Source of the DNA: Candidatus Latescibacterota bacterium
GTDB taxonomy: Bacteria; Latescibacterota; UBA2968; GCA-2709665
DNA length: 64,000 nt
NCBI GenBank assembly: GCA_965203805.1
Contig: OZ241917.1
Coordinates: forward strand, 5,152,001-5,216,000
Direction of reading: 5' to 3'
Of this stretch, positions 19,683-29,883 are shown piece after piece. A program made the translations under genes and the position numbers. Within the stretch, counting starts at the first letter, position 1. Every line of letters starts with the position of its first letter. The notes beneath the pieces are model-generated. The model did not search any database, had not been told where the DNA came from, and worked only from the letters and a program-made list of their open reading frames with translations.

Positions 19683-20390
19683 TCAGGAAACTCCCAGCTT
19701 CGCCAGCGCCTCTTTCGCCGCCATCTGCTGTGCTTGCTTCTTGCTGCGGCCTTTTCCGAAGCCCATTCGTTCACCGCCGATCAGCACCTCGACACTGAAC
19801 ATCTTGTGATGGTCCGGTCCGTCTTCCGAACTGACCATATAACGGGGGTGACCCCGGCCTTCGCCCTGCGTATGTTCCAGAAGGGCGCTCTTGAAATTGA
19901 GGTAGCTGTTGTTGGCGACAATTGCATCGATATTGCACAAGAGGTGGCGCTGTACGAAGGCATCCGCCGACTTCAGGCCGCCGTCGAGATAGACCGCGCC
20001 GAGAATGGCTTCAAACGTATCACCGATGATCGAGGTCCGGTCCCGACCTCCCGCGAGGTCCTCTTCCTTGCTGAGCAGGATGTGGTGACCGAGTCCGATG
20101 GCGCGGCCCCGTTGCGCAAGAATGACCTTGCTGACGAGTACGGACTTGATCTGTGTGAGATCGCCTTCGCGTTTATTCTGAAATCTCCGATACAGGTTTT
20201 CGGTTACCAGGAGGTCCAATACGGCGTCGCCCAGAAACTCCAGACGTTCGTTCGAAGCGATGCTTCCTTCGTCCAGGGCGTAGGCGTAGGATCGGTGCTT
20301 GATCGCCTGCACGAGGAGATCGGGGTCCGAAAAACGATAGCCGAGCCTGTCCTGGAGTTCTTCCGGGGAATACACTGCCCGTTCGCGCAC
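19683..20390 (-). CDS. rnc: Ribonuclease III
   Basis: NERLEFLGDAVL signature, FEAILGAVYLDGG, C-terminal dsRBD GKGRSKKQAQQMAA. Confidence 0.96.
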   Translation of the reverse strand: MRERAVYSPEELQDRLGYRFSDPDLLVQAIKHRSYAYALDEGSIASNERLEFLGDAVLDLLVTENLYRRFQNKREGDLTQIKSVLVSKVILAQRGRAIGLGHHILLSKEEDLAGGRDRTSIIGDTFEAILGAVYLDGGLKSADAFVQRHLLCNIDAIVANNSYLNFKSALLEHTQGEGRGHPRYMVSSEDGPDHHKMFSVEVLIGGERMGFGKGRSKKQAQQMAAKEALAKLGVS

Positions 20391-20642
20391 GAGCCAGCGC
20401 GCGAACGCGCGTTTTATTCTGACGAATCCGATACGCTCCGCCCTCCGGGGGCCGCCTTCTGTTCGCTGTCACGAATGTGTGAAAGGACATCCGCGCGGAT
20501 GTCCTTGACGGGACCCTATTCTCCAGATCCGTCCGGCAAGTCTTGCGTGACGTGCGCGACCGGCGCCGATGGCGTCCACTTCACTGAACCGACACTGCCA
20601 CAGTTGCGTCGCGGCGTCAGACTGGATTTCCGTTTCCGCGTT

Positions 20643-21896
20643 CTACCGGCCGTCGTATTTGCACATGGCGAGCACCGCGTTGTGCCCGCCGAAGCCGAAG
20701 GAGTTGTTCATAGCCACCCGGACCGGCATTTCACGGGCCGCGTTCGGCACGTAGTCGAGGTCGCACTCCGGGTCCGGATGTTCGTAGTTAATGGTGGGAG
20801 GGACCCGGCCTTGATGGATGGCCAGGAGGCAGGCGATGCTCTCGATTGCGCCGGAGGCCCCCAGCAGGTGGCCCGTCATGGATTTGGTGGAACTGACCGC
20901 GGCGTGTTTCGCGTGATCGCCCAGGACCGACTTGATGGCCGCGGTTTCGGTCCGGTCGCCGATCGGAGTGGAGGTGCCGTGCGCATTGATATAATCCACG
21001 TCGTCCGGGTTCAGCCCGGCCTGGTCCAACGCGATTTTCATCGCCCTGGCGCCGCCCTCGCCGCCCGGCGCCATATCGGTTACGTGATACGCGTCGGCAG
21101 TGAACCCCGCGCCGGCGATCTCGGCGTAGATCCGCGCACCCCGGCGACGCGCGTGTTCCAGCTCTTCCAGTATGACCGTGCCCGCCCCCTCCCCGAGCAC
21201 GAATCCGTCGCGTTCCACGTCGAAGGGCCGACTGGCCGCCTGCGGATCTTCGTTGCGCGTGGACAGCGCCTTCATGGAGGCGAAGCCACCCACCGACATC
21301 GCGCTTACGGCCGCTTCGGCGCCGCCGGTGACCATCACGTCGGCCTCGTTATGCCGGATCTCCCTGAACGCGCTTCCGATGGCGTGCGCCGCGGAGGAAC
21401 ACGCCGATACCGTCGTGTAGTTCGGCCCTCGCGCGCCGAGCAGGATGGAAACCTGCCCGGAAGTCATATCGGGAATCATCATGGGAATGAAAAAGGGGCT
21501 GATCCGTCGCGCGCCTTTCTCCATGAGGACGGTATGCTGTTCTTCGAAGGTCCAGATGCCGCCGATGCCGGAACCGATGATCACACCCATGCGGTCCGGG
21601 TTCACGGCGTCCACGTCCAGGTCCGCGTCCGCTACGGCCATCTGCGCGCAGCAGACGGCGTACTGGGTGCACAGGTCATTTCGCCGAACCAGTCTCCGGT
21701 CGAGGCCGAACCGGTTCGGGTCGAAATCCTTCAATTCACCCGCGAACGTGACCCGGAACCCGGCCGGATCGAAACGTCTGATGCGATCGACCCCGCTTTC
21801 TCCGTTAAGCAACGCGTCCCAGTAGGCGTCGGTGTTCAGTCCGTTCGGCGCGAGGACGCCGAGGCCGGTCACCACAACCCTTCGGTTTCCGTTCAA
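20643..21896 (-). CDS. fabF: 3-oxoacyl-ACP synthase II
   Basis: RRVVVTGLG, SACSS (catalytic Cys), NAHGTST, KSMTGHLLGA, NSFGFGGHN. Confidence 0.96.
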   Translation of the reverse strand: MNGNRRVVVTGLGVLAPNGLNTDAYWDALLNGESGVDRIRRFDPAGFRVTFAGELKDFDPNRFGLDRRLVRRNDLCTQYAVCCAQMAVADADLDVDAVNPDRMGVIIGSGIGGIWTFEEQHTVLMEKGARRISPFFIPMMIPDMTSGQVSILLGARGPNYTTVSACSSAAHAIGSAFREIRHNEADVMVTGGAEAAVSAMSVGGFASMKALSTRNEDPQAASRPFDVERDGFVLGEGAGTVILEELEHARRRGARIYAEIAGAGFTADAYHVTDMAPGGEGGARAMKIALDQAGLNPDDVDYINAHGTSTPIGDRTETAAIKSVLGDHAKHAAVSSTKSMTGHLLGASGAIESIACLLAIHQGRVPPTINYEHPDPECDLDYVPNAAREMPVRVAMNNSFGFGGHNAVLAMCKYDGR

Positions 21897-22046
21897 GGGT
21901 ACCTTCTCTCAGATGCCAATGTTCGCGTCGGCGCGGAATCCCGGAGAATCCGGTCCCGACGCTGCGGTCGCGCCGCCGCTCGTACGGCCGGCGCTCCCGT
22001 TCCGATTGCCGTCACGACGTGACATGGCAGCCACCGGAGCGGCAGC

Positions 22047-22289
22047 CTATTCGTTAAGGCGTTGTTTCAGATAATCCGTGACGTCGCTGACTGTTTCCAG
22101 CTTTTCGGCGTCTTCATCCGGAACTTCCATATCGAATTCCTCTTCGAAGGCCATCACAAGTTCCACCGTGTCGAGTGAATCCGCGCCCAGATCATCTATG
22201 AAATGAGCTTCCGGAGTGACGCTGTCTGCGTCAACGCCCAACTGGTCTACGATAAGATCGACGACTTTCTGCTGAATATCTTCGGCCAT
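22047..22289 (-). CDS. acpP: Acyl carrier protein
   Basis: [20 protein letters not shown]; start MAEDIQQK at 22289 after AGGAGGGAG. Confidence 0.96.
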   Translation of the reverse strand: MAEDIQQKVVDLIVDQLGVDADSVTPEAHFIDDLGADSLDTVELVMAFEEEFDMEVPDEDAEKLETVSDVTDYLKQRLNE

Positions 22290-22407
22290 GGCAATGATCT
22301 CCCTCCTTTGTGGCGAACGGCCAACCCCGCGTACAAGCCGGCGCGACTTTCCGTTCGCCTCTGTCGCCAGACGGTTCACGTTTGAGTTACGGATCCGTGA
22401 CAGTACA

Positions 22408-23154
22408 CTACATCACCATCCCGCCGTCCACGACCAGGACCTGCCCGGTGACATATGCGGCGTCGCCCGATGCCAGAAATGCGACCGCCGCCGCGATATC
22501 TTCGGGTTTTCCCGGCGTGCCCAGCGGAACCTGTTCAAGTATCTTTTCTTTCAGACTATCGGGGAGTTTTTCCGTCATTTCGGTTGGAATATATCCAGGC
22601 GCAACCACGTTGGCGGTAATTCCCCTGCCGGCCAGTTCCTTCGCGGCCGTCTTCGTCAGGCCGATGAGTCCGGACTTTGCCGCCGTATAACCGGCCTGTC
22701 CGGGGTTGCCCATGAGTCCCGTGACGGACGAGATATTGATGATTCGCCCGGACCGGGCCCTCATCATCGGCCGCACGGCCGCCTGCATGCACAGGAACGC
22801 CCCCTTAAGATTGACGTCGAGAACGGCGTCCCAGTCGTCGGGTTTGAGTCGCATCAGCAACCCGTCGCGGGCAATTCCGGCATTGTTGACCAGAATGTCC
22901 AGGGCGCCCCAGCGATCCAGAACGCTCTTGAAGAGGGCTTTGACGTGGGCCGGGTTCGAAACATCCGCCTGCAGGGCGAGCGCGCTGCCGCCGCGCCCTT
23001 CGATGCCTCGGGCGACAGCCTCCGCGCGGTCGAGGCTCCGGCTGGCGCAGACCGCCACCCTGGCGCCTTCGTCCGCAAGCCGGTTGGCAATGGCTTCGCC
23101 GATCCCGCGGGACCCGCCGGTGACGATTGCGGTCCTGTCCTTCAGGCGATTCAT
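22408..23154 (-). CDS. fabG: 3-oxoacyl-ACP reductase
   Basis: [35 protein letters not shown]; fab operon context. Confidence 0.95.
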   Translation of the reverse strand: MNRLKDRTAIVTGGSRGIGEAIANRLADEGARVAVCASRSLDRAEAVARGIEGRGGSALALQADVSNPAHVKALFKSVLDRWGALDILVNNAGIARDGLLMRLKPDDWDAVLDVNLKGAFLCMQAAVRPMMRARSGRIINISSVTGLMGNPGQAGYTAAKSGLIGLTKTAAKELAGRGITANVVAPGYIPTEMTEKLPDSLKEKILEQVPLGTPGKPEDIAAAVAFLASGDAAYVTGQVLVVDGGMVM

Positions 23155-24071
23155 ATCGTAAGACTTTCAAGGTCGGGAAGGGTTCCGACCGACGAGACGG
23201 CGACGCGCTTGTCGATGCGTCGCATCAGGGCCTTCAGCGTGTTCCCCGGTCCGGCTTCAATCGCCCGGTCCACGCCTTCCGAAACCAGCCGCGCCATGGA
23301 TTCCGTCCATCGGACGGGCGAAATCACCTGTCTGATAAGAAGGTCTTTGAGCAAGTCCGGATCGGTCGTGGGTTCGGCCGTCGTGTTCGGCACAACGGGG
23401 ATTCGCGCCGGCGAGAACGGCACGTTCGCGAGCGCGCCCTCCAGCGTACCCAGGGCGGATTGCATGAGCCCCGAGTGAAAAGCGCCGCTGACCTGGAGTT
23501 CCACGACCCGCCGGGCGCCTTCGTCCGACGCCCTCTGCATCACCCGTTTCACGGCGGTCGGTTCTCCCGATATGACGACCTGGCCCGGACAGTTAAAGTT
23601 GGCGGGCACGACCACGACATTGGGACCCAGCGATTTGCAGAGTTCCACGACCGCGCTGTCGCTCTGACCGATGATGGCCGCCATTGTGCCGGGATGCATC
23701 TTCCCCGCGGCGTGCATGGCCCGCCCCCGGAGTCCGACGATCCGGACGCCGTCTTCCAGAGACATCACGCCGGCGGCGACCAGCGCCGACAACTCGCCCA
23801 CGCTGTGTCCCGCTACGAAGTCGGGTTGAATGCCCCGATCCTTCAGGATTTCAAATACCGAGATGCTGTGCGCGAAGATGGCCGGCTGCGTGATGGCCGT
23901 TTGTTTCAGGGACTCTTCCGGGCCGTCAAAACAGAATGTCTTCAGCCCAGTCTCGGAGATCCGGTCCGTCAGATTGAACACGTACTGGGCGATCGGGGAG
24001 GCATTGTAAAGATCATTGGCCATCCCCACGTATTGCGCACCCTGGCCGGGAAATAAAAAGGCTAAGGACAT
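23151..24071 (-). CDS. fabD: Malonyl-CoA:ACP transacylase
   Basis: FLFPGQGAQ, TQPAI, GHSVGE, SGAFHS; start re-called at MSLAFL 24071. Confidence 0.95.
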   Translation of the reverse strand: MSLAFLFPGQGAQYVGMANDLYNASPIAQYVFNLTDRISETGLKTFCFDGPEESLKQTAITQPAIFAHSISVFEILKDRGIQPDFVAGHSVGELSALVAAGVMSLEDGVRIVGLRGRAMHAAGKMHPGTMAAIIGQSDSAVVELCKSLGPNVVVVPANFNCPGQVVISGEPTAVKRVMQRASDEGARRVVELQVSGAFHSGLMQSALGTLEGALANVPFSPARIPVVPNTTAEPTTDPDLLKDLLIRQVISPVRWTESMARLVSEGVDRAIEAGPGNTLKALMRRIDKRVAVSSVGTLPDLESLTI

Positions 24072-24129
24072 AATGGCCCGACAACGTGTCTTCGCATAGG
24101 TACGGGCCACCGGCTCCGGAATAACAGCA

Positions 24130-25131
24130 TCAATAAGCCCATTTCACGAGTGCGCTGCCCCAGGTGTACCCGGCGCCGGCGCTGGCCAGTACGATATAGT
24201 CGCCCTGTTTGATGCGGTTCTGTTCGACCGCTTCAGAAAGGGCGATGGGGATGGTGCCGCAGGTGGTGTTCGCATAACGATCGATGTTGATCAGGACGCG
24301 TTCCGGCGCCAGCTTCATCCGGCGTGCCGTGGCATCGATGATTCGTTTATTTGCCTGGTGAGGCACGAGAAGGGCGATATCGTCGCCGCTGAGCCCGTTC
24401 CGGTTCAGCAGGTCGGCCGATACCGCGGCCATGCTGCTGCTGGCGAACTTGAGAACGCGCGGTCCGTCCTGGTGAACGTAGTGCATCTTCTTGTCCACCG
24501 TTTCGTGGCTGGCCGGACGAAGGCTGCCGCCGGCCGGCTGGCAGAGGTATTGGCCGCCCGACCCGTCCACACTCATGATAAAGTCCCTGATGCCGGACCC
24601 GGAATCGTCGGGTTCCAGGAGGACGGCACCCGCGCCGTCTCCAAACAGGACGCAGGTTTCCCGGTTCGTGTAGTCGACGACCGAGCTCATCTTGTCGGAG
24701 CCGATGACAACCACCTTGCTGTGGGCTCCGCTTTCGATGAACTGACCGCCGACGATCAGCGCGTACAGGAACCCGCAGCATGCGGCGGAAAGGTCGAACC
24801 CCCACGCGTTTTCGGCCCCCACCTCGTGCTGCACCAGACACGCGGTGGCGGGATAAATCATGTCCGGGGTAACCGTTGCGACGATAATCAGATCGATTTC
24901 ACTTGCATCCAGGCCCTTCTCCTCGAGCAGCGCCTCCATCGCCCGGGTGGCCATATGTGAGGCGCCCAGGCCGTCGTCGAGGATGCGACGTTCTACGATA
25001 CCCGTTCGTGTACGAATCCATTCGTCCGTGGTATCTACCATTTCTTCAAGTTCGGCATTCGTCAGCCGGCGTTCGGGGAGAAAGCGGGAGACGCCGGTGA
25101 CGGCAGCATTGACTTTTTTATTCATAGGCAA
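24130..25131 (-). CDS. fabH: 3-oxoacyl-ACP synthase III
   Basis: DEWIRTRTGI, AACCGF, LFGDGAGA, PHQANKRII. Confidence 0.95.
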   Translation of the reverse strand: MPMNKKVNAAVTGVSRFLPERRLTNAELEEMVDTTDEWIRTRTGIVERRILDDGLGASHMATRAMEALLEEKGLDASEIDLIIVATVTPDMIYPATACLVQHEVGAENAWGFDLSAACCGFLYALIVGGQFIESGAHSKVVVIGSDKMSSVVDYTNRETCVLFGDGAGAVLLEPDDSGSGIRDFIMSVDGSGGQYLCQPAGGSLRPASHETVDKKMHYVHQDGPRVLKFASSSMAAVSADLLNRNGLSGDDIALLVPHQANKRIIDATARRMKLAPERVLINIDRYANTTCGTIPIALSEAVEQNRIKQGDYIVLASAGAGYTWGSALVKWAY

Positions 25132-25180
25132 GGGTGACGATTCAGGGAATGGCAGACGGGTGGCGCGGCCGGGCCGGCAA

Positions 25181-25363
25181 TCAGACGGTTTCGCCTTCGG
25201 TGACTTCGCGGCCGTTGTATTGTCCGCAGTTGGCGCAGACCCTGTGAGGTCTGCGCGGCTGCCCGCAGTTGGGACAGAGGGAGAAAGCGGGTCTCCTCAG
25301 CTTCCAGTGCGTACGCCGCTTACCGGTCCTGGAATTGGAACTTCTGCGTTTGGGGTGCGCCAT
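25181..25363 (-). CDS. rpmF: 50S ribosomal protein L32 (zinc-ribbon C+ type)
   Basis: [22 protein letters not shown]...CPNCG...[11 protein letters not shown]; start 25363. Confidence 0.95.
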   Translation of the reverse strand: MAHPKRRSSNSRTGKRRTHWKLRRPAFSLCPNCGQPRRPHRVCANCGQYNGREVTEGETV

Positions 25364-25386
25364 TTCAATGTGCTCCTTCAGGATTG

Positions 25387-25890
25387 TTACTTGAGTGCCC
25401 TCAGGGCCTCCCAACGGGGATCGGTTTGGGTTGAGGTGCAGTTGCACTGGGTAAGGTTGAGGTTTTCACCGCATGTTGGACATAGCCCCTCGCAGGACGA
25501 CTTGCACAGGGGATTCAGCGGCATCTCGAGCAGGATATAGTCCTTGATCTCCTCGCCAAGGTCCACCTTGTCTCCGGACTCATCCAGAAAGATGAGCGTT
25601 TCGTCTTCGTCGTCCTTCATGGCTTCCGGCCGGTTTTTCTGAAACACGAACCTGAAGTCGCAGGCGAGTGAGAACGAGACGGGCTCCAGGCACCGCACGC
25701 ACTCGAGGCGAAGGTCGGCGTGGGTCTCGCCGCTTGCGGAAATGGACTCGCCCATTTTGACGAATTCGATGCGCGTCCTGATGGGGCCGACGAATTGCAG
25801 GTGCTCATCCTGAATATGCAGTTCGTCGGGTGTCTCCTCCCAGTCGAGACTGGCCGTGCCGTCCTCGAGTTCGTTGAGCGCGACGATCAT
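25387..25890 (-). CDS. yceD: YceD/DUF177 family protein
   Basis: [33 protein letters not shown]; directly upstream of rpmF. Confidence 0.9.
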   Translation of the reverse strand: MIVALNELEDGTASLDWEETPDELHIQDEHLQFVGPIRTRIEFVKMGESISASGETHADLRLECVRCLEPVSFSLACDFRFVFQKNRPEAMKDDEDETLIFLDESGDKVDLGEEIKDYILLEMPLNPLCKSSCEGLCPTCGENLNLTQCNCTSTQTDPRWEALRALK

Positions 25891-25924
25891 TCAGAAGATC
25901 CCGTAGGACTTCGAGGTGCCGTTC

Positions 25925-26335
25925 CTAGCCATCTTCTCCGAAGAAAAACGCGATTTCCTCGGACGCGGTTTCGGCTGAATCCGATGCGTGCACGGCGTTT
26001 CGCTGTACGTTGGTTCCGAAATCTCTTCGAATGGTGCCCTCGGCGGCCGCGGCCGAATCGGTGACGCCCACGATCTCCCGCAGGAGCGGGACAGCGTTAT
26101 CCCGTTCCAGCGCGACCGGCACCACCGGGCCGGACGTCATGAAATCAATCAGGCCGTCAAAGAAGGGTTGTCCCTCGTGAACGGCGTAAAACCGGGTCGC
26201 TCCCTCATGCGTGAACCGCGTCGATTTCAGGCGCCGGATCCTGAACCCTCTGTCTTCCACGCGTTTGAGTATGGCGCCGGTGGCGTTCCTGGAAACCGCG
26301 TCGGGTTTGATAATCAACAATGTGCGTTCCGGCAT
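25925..26335 (-). CDS. ndk: Nucleoside diphosphate kinase
   Basis: ERTLLIIKPDAV, FMTSGPVV, GTIR, NAVHASDS (catalytic His). Confidence 0.96.
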   Translation of the reverse strand: MPERTLLIIKPDAVSRNATGAILKRVEDRGFRIRRLKSTRFTHEGATRFYAVHEGQPFFDGLIDFMTSGPVVPVALERDNAVPLLREIVGVTDSAAAAEGTIRRDFGTNVQRNAVHASDSAETASEEIAFFFGEDG

Positions 26336-26398
26336 CGGCGCTGGTGCTTTCCATCCGCGTTCGGGTGGTCGGGTTCGCGTATCACGCTGAAGATGAAG

Positions 26399-26427
26399 AA
26401 GATAGATTTTCTCGCAAGCTTTGTCAA
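26399..26427 (-). promoter_or_regulatory. Putative sigma70 promoter upstream of the ndk-fab operon
   Basis: Minus strand TTGACA-17 nt-TATCTT, about 65 nt upstream of ndk. Confidence 0.55.
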
Positions 26428-26443
26428 TATCAAACTTCGAATT

Positions 26444-26477
26444 ATAGCTGTCGGCTGTCAGCCTTCAGCCATCAGCT
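26444..26477. repeat. Degenerate 7-bp tandem repeat (AGCyrTC type)
   Basis: AGCTGTC GGCTGTC AGCCTTC AGCCATC AGCT; same family at 26921 and 29609. Confidence 0.65.
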
Positions 26478-26570
26478 AAAGAGCGGCGATGTCAATTTTT
26501 CAAAGTCTGCGCGGAAGGTACAATTGTAGGGGCGACGCTTGTGGTCGCTCGCCTTATTGGCGTCCCGGTG

Positions 26571-26915
26571 TCACGACTTCTTCAGCAGTGATCTTAGAGA
26601 AAATCCCGCCACCGCGGCGAGCGCACCGACAAGACCGCCGATCAGCCCGGTGAGTACGACCAGCGCTGATGGATACGAAAGACCGGCGATTCCCGCGATC
26701 TTCACGGTGAGAATGCCACCGGATTGAAGATGGATGTAGCCCGCGGCGGCAAGCCAGAGGGCGCCGGCGCCGGCGAAACCGGCGCCCAGCGCTTTCCAGG
26801 CCGACGGCGCTTTCCAAAAACCCGCCGCGCATCCTGCAAGGCCGATTCCCCACCATGGCAGCGTCAAGCTGGCGACCAGGCCTAGTATAAGGACGTATAA
26901 AGCGGTTGAAATCAT
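26571..26915 (-). CDS. Small hypothetical membrane protein
   Basis: Gly/Ala-rich hydrophobic helices, LPWWG motif. Confidence 0.6.
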   Translation of the reverse strand: MISTALYVLILGLVASLTLPWWGIGLAGCAAGFWKAPSAWKALGAGFAGAGALWLAAAGYIHLQSGGILTVKIAGIAGLSYPSALVVLTGLIGGLVGALAAVAGFSLRSLLKKS

Positions 26916-26920
26916 AAAGG

Positions 26921-26972
26921 TAGCTATCAGCCGTCGGCTATCAGCAATCAGCTTGAAGCAAAAGCGAAAATC
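26921..26972. repeat. 7-bp tandem repeat plus TTGAAGC tail, abutting a start codon
   Basis: AGCTATC AGCCGTC GGCTATC AGCAATC AGCTTGAAGC. Confidence 0.65.
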
Positions 26973-27184
26973 ACAAATGCAAACCCGTCGATATCCGCGT
27001 CGTCACGTCGTAAATCCGGACGGTACGCAGACCTCTCCCCAGACCCCCTCTCCTAAAGGAAAGGGGAGGAAAACCACGGGTTGGTCCACATTAATCATCC
27101 AATCCCAACGCTGGTGCCTCAATTGTACGGGCGACCCTGGCGGTCGCCCGCCTGTCACCGAGGAAACCTCTCACCTCCTACTTC

Positions 27185-29605
27185 TCATGGCATCCCGGTT
27201 AGAATCAGTCGTTCCTCGATACGTCCCCTGCCATCGTCCGGCGTTTGCATGAACAGCAGTTCGTCCAGTTCTCCCCGCACCCATGTATCCACAAATGAGT
27301 CGTAGTGCCGGCTGCCCGGGTTACCGGATTGGCCTCCCGGGTAGATCCCCCACGCACGCACCCTGGGGCCCAGTTCGACGACCATGCGCCAGCACGGTCC
27401 GTGGCCGCGGTTCGATGCGTTGACGACGTCGCGGCCCCCGCCGACGAACAGGTTCATGCGCGAGAATTCGGGAATCCTCAGCAGATGTCTGACTTCAGCG
27501 CCTTTGTAGCGCCCCCACTTCCAGGCGTCGCCCACCGGTCCCAGCCTGCCGGTCAACTCAGCGCACGTTGCCGCGAACGTGTCGCGGGCGAGACCTGCGA
27601 GCGTCTCGACCTGTTCCGTTTGCACGTTGTCATACCACCTGGCGTCGGGTTCGCGAAGTATCAAGTTCGCCGTCCGATCGCCTGATGGGAGCTGCAGACC
27701 CGGCCCCGGTCCGCCGAATTCATCGACCCAGATTGCCCGGTAAAGCTTGCCCCACCACGCGTTGAATACGGTTGGGGCGATCTTCCTGGCATCCGCGAAA
27801 TAGTCCCAGTGCTTAAGTGTCCGGAAGACGGCCGCCTCTTCGGGACTGAGGGAACGGGGTTCGACGTACGCCAATAGCGCCGGCAGCACGGACTGTGCCC
27901 TGACATGCTTCGTGTCCAGCTGCAGGGTCCGGACGCGGTCGGGTGTGACCTCCTTCATTTCGGAGAGGCGTTCGTTGATTCGCCGCGCACGCATCGGGGA
28001 CGAATAGCCCGGTTTCAGCCAATACGGATAGGACGTGTCCGCGGGACGCTGGTTGGCGGAACTCACAAACCCGCGCGCGGGATTCCTGATATGCGGCTTG
28101 TGGGCGTGCGGTATCCAGTCCTGCCAGTCGTGAAGGGGGTCCGAACCGTCGGCAATGAAGGCGCCCTGGCCCTCCCATTTCACCGGAAATTTCCCGTTGT
28201 GCCAGACCGCGATGTTTCCCTCAACGTCGGCGTAGGCGAAATTCTGGGCCGGCGCGCTCAGGTGGACGATCGCGTCGACAAATTCGTCGTAGTTGCCGGA
28301 TCTGTTGAGTCGATGAACGGTAAGCCATTCGTTGCTGCCGTCGTGGCCCGCCCACCTGAGCGCGTGATGTTCGGGTACCCTCGAGTCGGATGGCGTATAG
28401 CGTGAATCCCGTACGATGGGTCCGTGATGGGTGTAGCGAACCGTATCCCAGAGTGTTTCACGGTCGCGCACTCTGATTTCTTCCACAACCGTTTCCACGG
28501 CGCGCCAGGCGTTCCCGTGCCGATATTCCCGCAGCGTATCGTCCCGGAACGTGATCTTGTACCAATCCGAAACATCCGATCCGGCGTTGGTAAATCCCCA
28601 CGCGATATTCCGGTTGAAACCGATGACGACACCCGGACCTCCGGGTAGTGAAACGCCGTACACGTTGACCGTGGGGCTGACGAGTTGAATCTCGTACCAC
28701 AGCGACGGGAGCGAGAGCCCGAGGTGCGGGTCGTTCGCGAGTATGGGATACCCGCTTTTTGTCTTGGCGCCAGATACCGCCCAGTTGTTGCTGCCGTTGG
28801 CCGCCCCGGTATCCGCGCCGTACGACCCTCGCTTGAACGGCACATCCGGCCGGATGACTTTGCGTGGTTCGAAATTCCAGGGGGTTCCACCGGGTATCAC
28901 GGTATCCGCGCCGACCACGTCCGATGCGAACAGGTCCCTTACAACGGCCTCGCCGAACCGGTCGAGCGTGTTGGTCATCCCGAGATCCGAATTCCGGCCG
29001 CTCAGCATCCATGCCATGGACTTGATCAGGATCGCACACTTCAATGGCGTCCAGGTTTCCGGCCCATAGCCCAGGAGTTTGTATTCCACGGGGAAGTCTC
29101 TTGGGCGCAGGCCGGAGATGTACGCGTTGACGCCCTCCGTGAACGCCGTGACGGAGAGCCTTGTCCGGGGTTCAGCCATGACTTCCTTGAGCGTGTTTCT
29201 GGCGCCGTACACGAGTCCCGCACGCCTCTGATGCCGGTCGCGCTCCAGTGCGCCGGGTCCCAGGATTTCCGCCAGGCGCCCGGCGGTCGCGGCCGTCTGA
29301 AACTCCATCTGCCAGAGCCGATCAATCGCCGTCACGTATCCCTGGGCGAAAAACAGGTCGCGGTCGTTCTGCGCGAAGACATGCGGCACGCGGCGGTGGT
29401 CGTAGAGAACGGTTACAGGCTCGCGGAGACCCTTGAGCCGCAGTTTTCGCTCTGCGGCAGGATCGCCTGTCTCGGCATTCTGCCAGAACCCGTGAAAGGG
29501 ACTCAGGAATCTCCCCGTCGCCGGAAATCCCCCTATGCGGGTATCCAGGACAATTACGACGACGAGGGTCGCAGCGGCCGATATGAGGAATTTGATTAAG
29601 GGCAT
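27185..29605 (-). CDS. Penicillin acylase family (peptidase S45) Ntn-hydrolase
   Basis: VPHVFA, AQGYVTAIDRLWQM, GSNNWAVSG (N-terminal Ser nucleophile), ANDPHL, PGGQSGNPGSRHYD. Confidence 0.92.
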   Translation of the reverse strand: MPLIKFLISAAATLVVVIVLDTRIGGFPATGRFLSPFHGFWQNAETGDPAAERKLRLKGLREPVTVLYDHRRVPHVFAQNDRDLFFAQGYVTAIDRLWQMEFQTAATAGRLAEILGPGALERDRHQRRAGLVYGARNTLKEVMAEPRTRLSVTAFTEGVNAYISGLRPRDFPVEYKLLGYGPETWTPLKCAILIKSMAWMLSGRNSDLGMTNTLDRFGEAVVRDLFASDVVGADTVIPGGTPWNFEPRKVIRPDVPFKRGSYGADTGAANGSNNWAVSGAKTKSGYPILANDPHLGLSLPSLWYEIQLVSPTVNVYGVSLPGGPGVVIGFNRNIAWGFTNAGSDVSDWYKITFRDDTLREYRHGNAWRAVETVVEEIRVRDRETLWDTVRYTHHGPIVRDSRYTPSDSRVPEHHALRWAGHDGSNEWLTVHRLNRSGNYDEFVDAIVHLSAPAQNFAYADVEGNIAVWHNGKFPVKWEGQGAFIADGSDPLHDWQDWIPHAHKPHIRNPARGFVSSANQRPADTSYPYWLKPGYSSPMRARRINERLSEMKEVTPDRVRTLQLDTKHVRAQSVLPALLAYVEPRSLSPEEAAVFRTLKHWDYFADARKIAPTVFNAWWGKLYRAIWVDEFGGPGPGLQLPSGDRTANLILREPDARWYDNVQTEQVETLAGLARDTFAATCAELTGRLGPVGDAWKWGRYKGAEVRHLLRIPEFSRMNLFVGGGRDVVNASNRGHGPCWRMVVELGPRVRAWGIYPGGQSGNPGSRHYDSFVDTWVRGELDELLFMQTPDDGRGRIEERLILTGMP

Positions 29606-29608
29606 AAA

Positions 29609-29810
29609 GCAGCCGTCAGCCGTCAGCCATCAGCCGTCGGCGGTCAGATTGAAGCGAAAAATCAATCGGTCGACGTGCGCGCCGTTAAGCGTCAGGACAA
29701 TAAGAGGCGCAGACCTCTCCCCCCGGCCTTCGAACAACAGCTGTCAGCAGTCAGCGTTCAGCTTGAAGCGAAAAATCAATCGGTCGACATCAGGGCGTGA
29801 CGGGTTAAGC
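29609..29810. repeat. Two copies of a heptamer array followed by a 26-bp direct repeat
   Basis: TTGAAGCGAAAAATCAATCGGTCGAC at 29649-29674 and 29763-29788, each preceded by AGCnnTC heptamers. Confidence 0.75.
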
Positions 29811-29883
29811 AAGAGGTCTGGCGACATCAATTGACAGCGAATCCATCGATATGAAGGGGCGGTTCGCGAACCGCCCGATGTGC

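Noticed and set aside
19734-22022. 762-aa plus-strand ORF and other long antisense ORFs (2088..3530, 14125..16074, 9136..10482, 54576..56414)
   Set aside because: Shadow frames opposite well-supported genes in high-GC DNA, with no recognisable motifs
29609-29810. 26-bp direct repeat pair as a possible CRISPR array
   Set aside because: Only two copies, an 88-bp gap containing heptamer repeats, and no cas genes in the window
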